NCBI GenBank assembly: GCA_051530055.1
Contig: CM121341.1
Coordinates: 18,330,784-18,394,783, forward strand
Source: Neoechinorhynchus agilis
Taxonomy: Eukaryota; Animalia; Acanthocephala
Direction of reading: 5' to 3'
DNA length: 64,000 nucleotides
Shown: one piece after another, positions 58,802 to 64,000 of the stretch
How positions within the stretch are numbered: position 1 is the first letter of the stretch
Layout of the letters: each line of letters begins with the position of its first letter
The notes under the pieces: generated by a model
The model's database searches: none
What the model was told of the DNA's origin: nothing
The model's input: only the letters and a program-made list of their open reading frames with translations
Position numbers and translations under genes: made by a program

Positions 58802-59214
58802 TCGATGTGTGGCCTATTATGACACATCTGTTAATTTTTGAGCACACAGCCTACCGACCTGGTTCAGAGTAGTAATTCAATTACTTGTGTAGATATTCAT
58901 TTAGGAATTAATTATGATGGTGAAACTCAAAGCACTGAACCATCCGGTACGAGTTTGTACATTCCTCCGGATCTTCAGATACCTCCAGGAGGCGGGGTGT
59001 GCGTCATTGGTGGTAACGGAGGGGACGAAATACCGCTGAAGGGAGGAAACTAACTGATGAGCCCGCCTCCTGGAGGTATCTGAGGATCCGGCGGAATGTA
59101 CAAATTCGTACCGGATGGTTCAGTGCATTGGGTAATTGAATTACTATTCTGAACCAGGTCGGTGGGCTGTGTGCCCAAAAATTAACAGCTGTGTCATAAT
59201 AGGCCACACATCGA
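58802..59214. repeat. 413-bp GC-richer inverted repeat (two ~150-bp arms, ~60-nt loop)
   Basis: TCGATGTGTGGCCTATTATGACAC...GGAGGCGGG versus CCCGCCTCC...GTGTCATAATAGGCCACACATCGA. The left arm has 47 nt where the right arm has 5 nt. Confidence 0.9.
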
Positions 59215-60099
59215 TATAAGTTACCTGCTGGCCAATTTTCATAAAAAAAATAATTTCTCTGCCTCAAAGGACATAATATAGCTACTCCGTGTTCCATCAT
59301 TAAATTCGACTAATTTAAACCATTTGCATTGGAGATCACGGAAGGTTATTTTTCTTCACAATAACAAGCACAGGATATTTGGATTCTTCATTAGATTAGC
59401 ATAAAATTTTGTGTTTAAATCTGGTTAGAAAAATAAGACCATAATGCTTTACGACAAGCTTCTGATCAAGATTTTGTGATTATCAGGATGATTGCAAGGT
59501 TTGTTGATTTTTAAAAAATCTATTACGAGTCGGTTTCATTAGACGGTGGTTGACCCTTCATCGACTTGATTCTGCGAATCGACATTTTTGTGCTTTTAGT
59601 TCTTTCATGTAAACATTTGATTTCGGATAATAAAAAATAGCTTAAAAAGACACAAAAATGAGTTTAATTGTATTTTCTAAAAATTTGCGATTGTATCTAA
59701 TAAAGTGCTTTTACATCATCATATCAAAGCTCTGTGCGAATTCTCAATTGCATTTTTGCTTAAAATATTTCTGGATACATTAAAGAACATTTTTTTAAAT
59801 CACAATGAGACATTTAAATCGCAGATAAAATACATAGCGATTTTACTTGAAAAATTATTCCTTTGTCTTCTGAATTTTTCACATAAATACACCTTTTGGT
59901 TTTTATCCCATTGACGAAGAACGAACCCTATAAAACTATTCAGAATTTTCGATCCGACTATGTACACCTATGTATCGTTATCGAAAAAAGGGAAAAATGG
60001 TCACGAAAGGCTTTATAAACGGCTTGATATTGAACGATATACCAAACGTCTTTAGTGCTCGTTTAAATCACTTAAAAAGGTCATTATTGAATTATTGTT

Positions 60100-60250
60100 T
60101 ATGTCTTCACCTCGTAAATATTTCTTATGAAAAACGTTTCGAACCTCGTCGAGTTCATCATCACTCCTGACGTTTGTATTAAAAAAATTACCGGGTGAAG
60201 GTCTAAACAATAATTCTAATAATATACCGGTACCTCACATACCGATAAGG
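60100..60250. repeat. Collapsed fragment of the 58187-type fold-back family
   Basis: AAAACGTTTCGAACCTCGTCGAGTTCATCATCA and TTACCGGGTGAAGGTCTAAACAATAATTCTAAT...GGTACCTCACAT. Confidence 0.65.
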
Positions 60251-60350
60251 TCATTATTAATACTGAAGAAGGAAAAAATGTGCCTAGTACTCTAACGAAA
60301 TTAGTGTTGAGCAATATCGAGTATTTAAAAATTTTGGTCTATATTTCGCA

Positions 60351-60640
60351 GGAATTGTAAGGATTGAAGAGAACACATTCAATGGATTTAAAGCTCTGAT
60401 CGAGCTTGACCTTACGTAGAATAACATATTGACTCTTCCTGCAAAAATTGGCGAATAAGCGCCGCTACTAAAAATACTAGCCAATAACAATTTAAATAGC
60501 AGGCGCTTTAATGTGATTGGTGGGATGAAGAATTTATTGTTCGTAGATCTTTCAAACAATCAGATTCAGAATGTGAAAATCAAAGATTCGTCATTATCTC
60601 TGCAGAAACTCGAAATTTTAAATTTGTTTTGGCAAATCTG
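60351..60640 (+). pseudogene. Leucine-rich-repeat gene fragment with in-frame stops
   Basis: IVRIEENTFNGFKALIELDLT*NNILTLP...LLFVDLSNNQIQ...LQKLEILNL. TAG at 60417, TAA at 60456. Confidence 0.7.
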
Positions 60641-61249
60641 CTACACAAAAACGGTACCAACTAACAAAGAGCATTTCTTGGGATGAAAAATTCTTGCTTT
60701 CTTCAAAGGCTACTCTACTGAAATGATTCCAATACTTATTGGTTCGTGTTTCTTAAGTTATTTTTGTATTACATATTAGTAAAATGGAGTCGATTTTTAA
60801 ATATGATATTATCAAAACTTAATTCACACCACTTTTACAGGCATTTACAAATATTCACGCTACTGCTTTGGATCGCTCAGCTGCCATCATGATGTAATAC
60901 AGGCTCTTCAGATTAATTGTTATTTTATGCTTTATTAGAAAGCATCCATTATCCGAACGTAATTTTTTTATCAACAACATGGCCGAAAAATGCTTAAAGG
61001 TTGTTTTTCTTGAGGTCACGAGTGCGATACTTTGCCTAGGAAAGGATATTCTTGATTTAGTAAACATCTGCGTGAGATATTACGATAAATTTACTCGTAA
61101 GGATGTATCGATAGATTTTTATTTTTGGTTATAAGTTGCCTACCTTCCTTACAAATGATAGAGATAAGCGTGTTCAGGGAACCAAACATAGCCTGATATC
61201 CATGGCATTGGTTAAAAAGCACTCCGGATATGGTATAAAATATCTGCAG

Positions 61250-61615
61250 CTGTGCTTCACAAAATATGCTCAACGTACAGGTTACGACAAGCTAAAATAC
61301 GTTTGATTACTCAAGCTCTGAGAGCAATTGGATATGCCGAATCGACGATAAGAAGAGCTTTCAACAAAATCAAGAACGTCGCAAATAGACATGAGAAAAG
61401 AATCCTGACAGCTACTGAGAACATGAAATTCAGTCGGACCTAAGACGTGATTTGCGTAACCTGGGCAAGACGATCATTTTGTATACTATAAAAGGGTTTC
61501 AACCTTGTAGTATCTTCAAAAATAAGCCAAAATATGAGCAGCATGAACTGGTATATGAGGTCCACTGCAAAGACTGCTCAGTTAAATATGTGGGACAAAC
61601 CAAAAGGGACTAAGC
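61250..61615 (+). mobile_element. Penelope-like element fragment (linker + GIY-YIG start), truncated by LINE insertion
   Basis: ALRAIGYAESTIRRA and LVYEVHCKDCSVKYVGQTKR. Confidence 0.75.
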
Positions 61616-61627
61616 AAACTCAGCCAT

Positions 61628-62262
61628 CTTAATTACAAGAAAACCTTAATTACAAGAAAACCTTATTACAAGAAGACCTAAAATGGGGTACCCACATTTC
61701 ATTTACACTCTCTAAAACAAACCCCCGTCTTTACCTCCTCAAACTCCTCCGGCGTCTCGGCGTTTCCCCTAAACACCTTGCCCACTTTTATCGCTCTGCC
61801 ATCCTCCCTATCCTTACATACGCCTTCCCCACTTTCCTCGCCCTTTCCGCCAATGCCCTTTATTCTCTCGAAACCTTCCACAAGAGAGCAGCGAGAATAT
61901 GCGGGACTTCACTCCCTCCCCTCGACGCCCACCTCAACTCCATTTTATCCAAAAACGCCCTCCGTCTTCTTCAACCCCTTTCACAATTTTCTTCCCTCAT
62001 CTCTAAATACTCTTCCTTCGTAAACACCCGTAACCCCAGCCTTTTTCTTCCCCCCTCCCTCGCTCGTACCACCCTGTGCCAAAAATCTTTCTTCCCACAA
62101 GCCCAATCTCTCCTTAACAACCGGAGGACAAGGAAAGACTCCTAATCTGTCATTCTCCTGTAAACTCCAAAGACAAATCCCACCTCCGTACTTCAACATC
62201 CGACATCCAGACAACTTCAGCAAAGATCGTTTTTCTTAATTAATAAAACGTGTTTATATATA
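61628..62262 (+). mobile_element. 5'-truncated copy of the 9960-12900 LINE family with intact 3' end
   Basis: High identity to 12250-12900. Ends AATAAAACGTGTTTATATATA. Triplicated 17-bp motif at the 5' junction. Confidence 0.9.
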
Positions 62263-63210
62263 AATCATGTGGTGAATCGTGGACATCAAGTTGATTTTGA
62301 TGGCTCGAATGTGTGATAAGCGTACAACCATATTTTCGGAATCGGTTGATAATTGAAGCCATCGAAATAAGCTGCTCAGTTCAACCAATCGAAGGTAATA
62401 ATTCCAGCGTCCGTTTAAAATTACCATTGTAAAGGCAGTGGTGTTCTGGCTCAGAGGTTCTAGTGGACAATGAGTAAAGGAACGCGGGTCTGACGAACAT
62501 GTTACCCGATAGGAACCAGTCCACAGGAGAACGCCATAATGTTTGTGTTTTAGATGACAAACCTTCAGGAAACGTCGGAATTATCCGATGTGTAATATCG
62601 GAAAAAAATTAGTGAATTTAAATCATAGCGATGGTATAACTACCAAAAGAATCTTTGCTCCCGAAGATAATAATCTAAGAAATATTTAAGTGTATAATAC
62701 AACAGAAAAATGCTATAATTTTCAATTTTTTTAATTTTGTTAACATTTTGAAGGTAGAAATTTCATAAATTCCTGATTGGATTCTTTTAATGGCATTTAG
62801 AGCAATAAAAATGGGGCCATTTTCCACTTATAGATGTTTATCAACAAATAGCTTGTAGACAACAAACACCTTTTTGACTTCCTAAATCGCCACCGCATAA
62901 AAATGAACACGAGTGCTGTACAATAGATTTACTTTCGGACTACGAGCGATTCAGAATAAATAAAAAAATTGCTATTTCACGGTAATATTAGAATTCTACT
63001 TTAAAATTTCGATTTTATCATGACTAAAAAATCATGTGTTATTAGTATGTTAGATTTCTCCTTTTAAATGTATAGGTTATTTCGTACAAATTTGGAATTT
63101 CCAGATGGATGGCCACGTAAATTCTTTGATCAATCAACTATGGACGCAGTTGCCAATACTTACAATTGCCCAAATAATCATTATGTAAATAATTATTCAT
63201 TATAGTTTCG

Positions 63211-63398
63211 GTTTCAATTAGCGATGTTTGATTCAGAAATAGATTTATCTTGAAAATTTTCGGCCTTTTCGTTGGATCTCTTCAGTCAATTGTTTGCAAG
63301 TGTTTACGACTGCAAACAATTGACTGAAGAAGGCTGGCGAAAAGGCCGAAAATTTTCAAGATAAATCAATTTCTGAATCAAACATCGCTAATTGATAC
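63211..63398. mobile_element. 188-bp fold-back double-hammerhead element derived from the 32141-33085 PLE terminus
   Basis: Near-perfect palindrome GTTTCAATTAGCGATGTTTGATTCAG...CTGAATCAAACATCGCTAATTGATAC. Intact plus core TTGA-CTGAAGA-A-GGCT...GGCC-GAAA-ATT-T-TCAA. Confidence 0.88.
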
Positions 63399-64000
63399 TG
63401 TAATCATTCTGTGTCGTATTGCGTTCTGGCTTCTTTTGAACACATACTTTGTGCCCGACGAATATTTTCAATCGAAATTTCGTCGCTAATGCAATCTACT
63501 CGTGAAATCAATCCAGAAACCGATCTTGCATGGGAATGGTGAAGCTCGTTCGCACGCCGCTATCCTATCTACACTCTTGTTTTTTATTGGCTCCTTAAAT
63601 TGGCCAATCAGATTACATTTGGACTCATTTAAAACATGCATTGGTTCTCTCCTGTCTATGGAGAACTTTTGAAATATTTCGCTTTGATTACACCATACAG
63701 ATTCGCTTCGCTCGTTCAATCTATAATAATGTCAATTGCGGACCGAGTGTTATACGAATACGTCTACTTAATTAAGCCCCGATCTTCGATGATAATGCTC
63801 GCATTGAGATACGTCATCTGGTTCTCACCTTTTTCGGGATCTCGGACTCTTTATAACACAATTGAGGAATCTCTATTTATATTCTGTCTCTACTTTAGTT
63901 TACTGATTTCCTTGAAAAGAACAACTAAATCGGTATTGAGTTCATTGGCAGTGATTTCAGCGATTTCCGTTTACATACGGCCCACAGCTATTATTGGCAT

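Noticed and set aside
60351-60640. Stop-codon reassignment (TAA/TAG read as sense), suggested by two in-frame stops in an LRR frame and a TGA at a Gypsy GWP motif
   Set aside because: The 861-aa protocadherin ORF has no internal stops, and host genes end in TGA, TAA and TAG. The stops are better explained as pseudogene or TE decay.

Overview
This is eukaryotic (animal) genomic DNA from a compact genome with very short GT-AG introns (about 34-55 nt in the introns I could delimit). An estrogen-receptor-type NR3A gene and a protocadherin suggest a miniaturised spiralian or similar invertebrate (inference only). Host genes: a TCF20/RAI1-like ePHD protein, an estrogen receptor, a multi-PLAT protein, a single-exon-ectodomain protocadherin, an STN1/RPA2-like OB-fold protein, a secreted Cys-rich repeat protein, an SLC16-type MFS transporter, a PCGF/BMI1-type RING-RAWUL protein and tRNA-Arg(UCU). 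Much of the window is retroelement-derived: CRE-like REL non-LTR elements, L2/CR1-type LINEs, nested Mag-like Gypsy elements and GIY-YIG Penelope-like elements (PLEs). The most striking unexplained structure is a dispersed set of about 120-230 bp fold-back elements from several subfamilies. Each carries minimal hammerhead-ribozyme cores (CUGAnGA-N-stemII-GAAA-palindrome-UH), usually in both arms. One is inserted in a Gypsy RT with a 12-bp target-site duplication. A 1.75-kb duplicated cargo segment also begins 3 nt from a predicted hammerhead cleavage site, suggesting ribozyme-defined PLE transduction. All assignments come from reading the sequence by eye; no searches or folding programs were run, and some boundaries are approximate.
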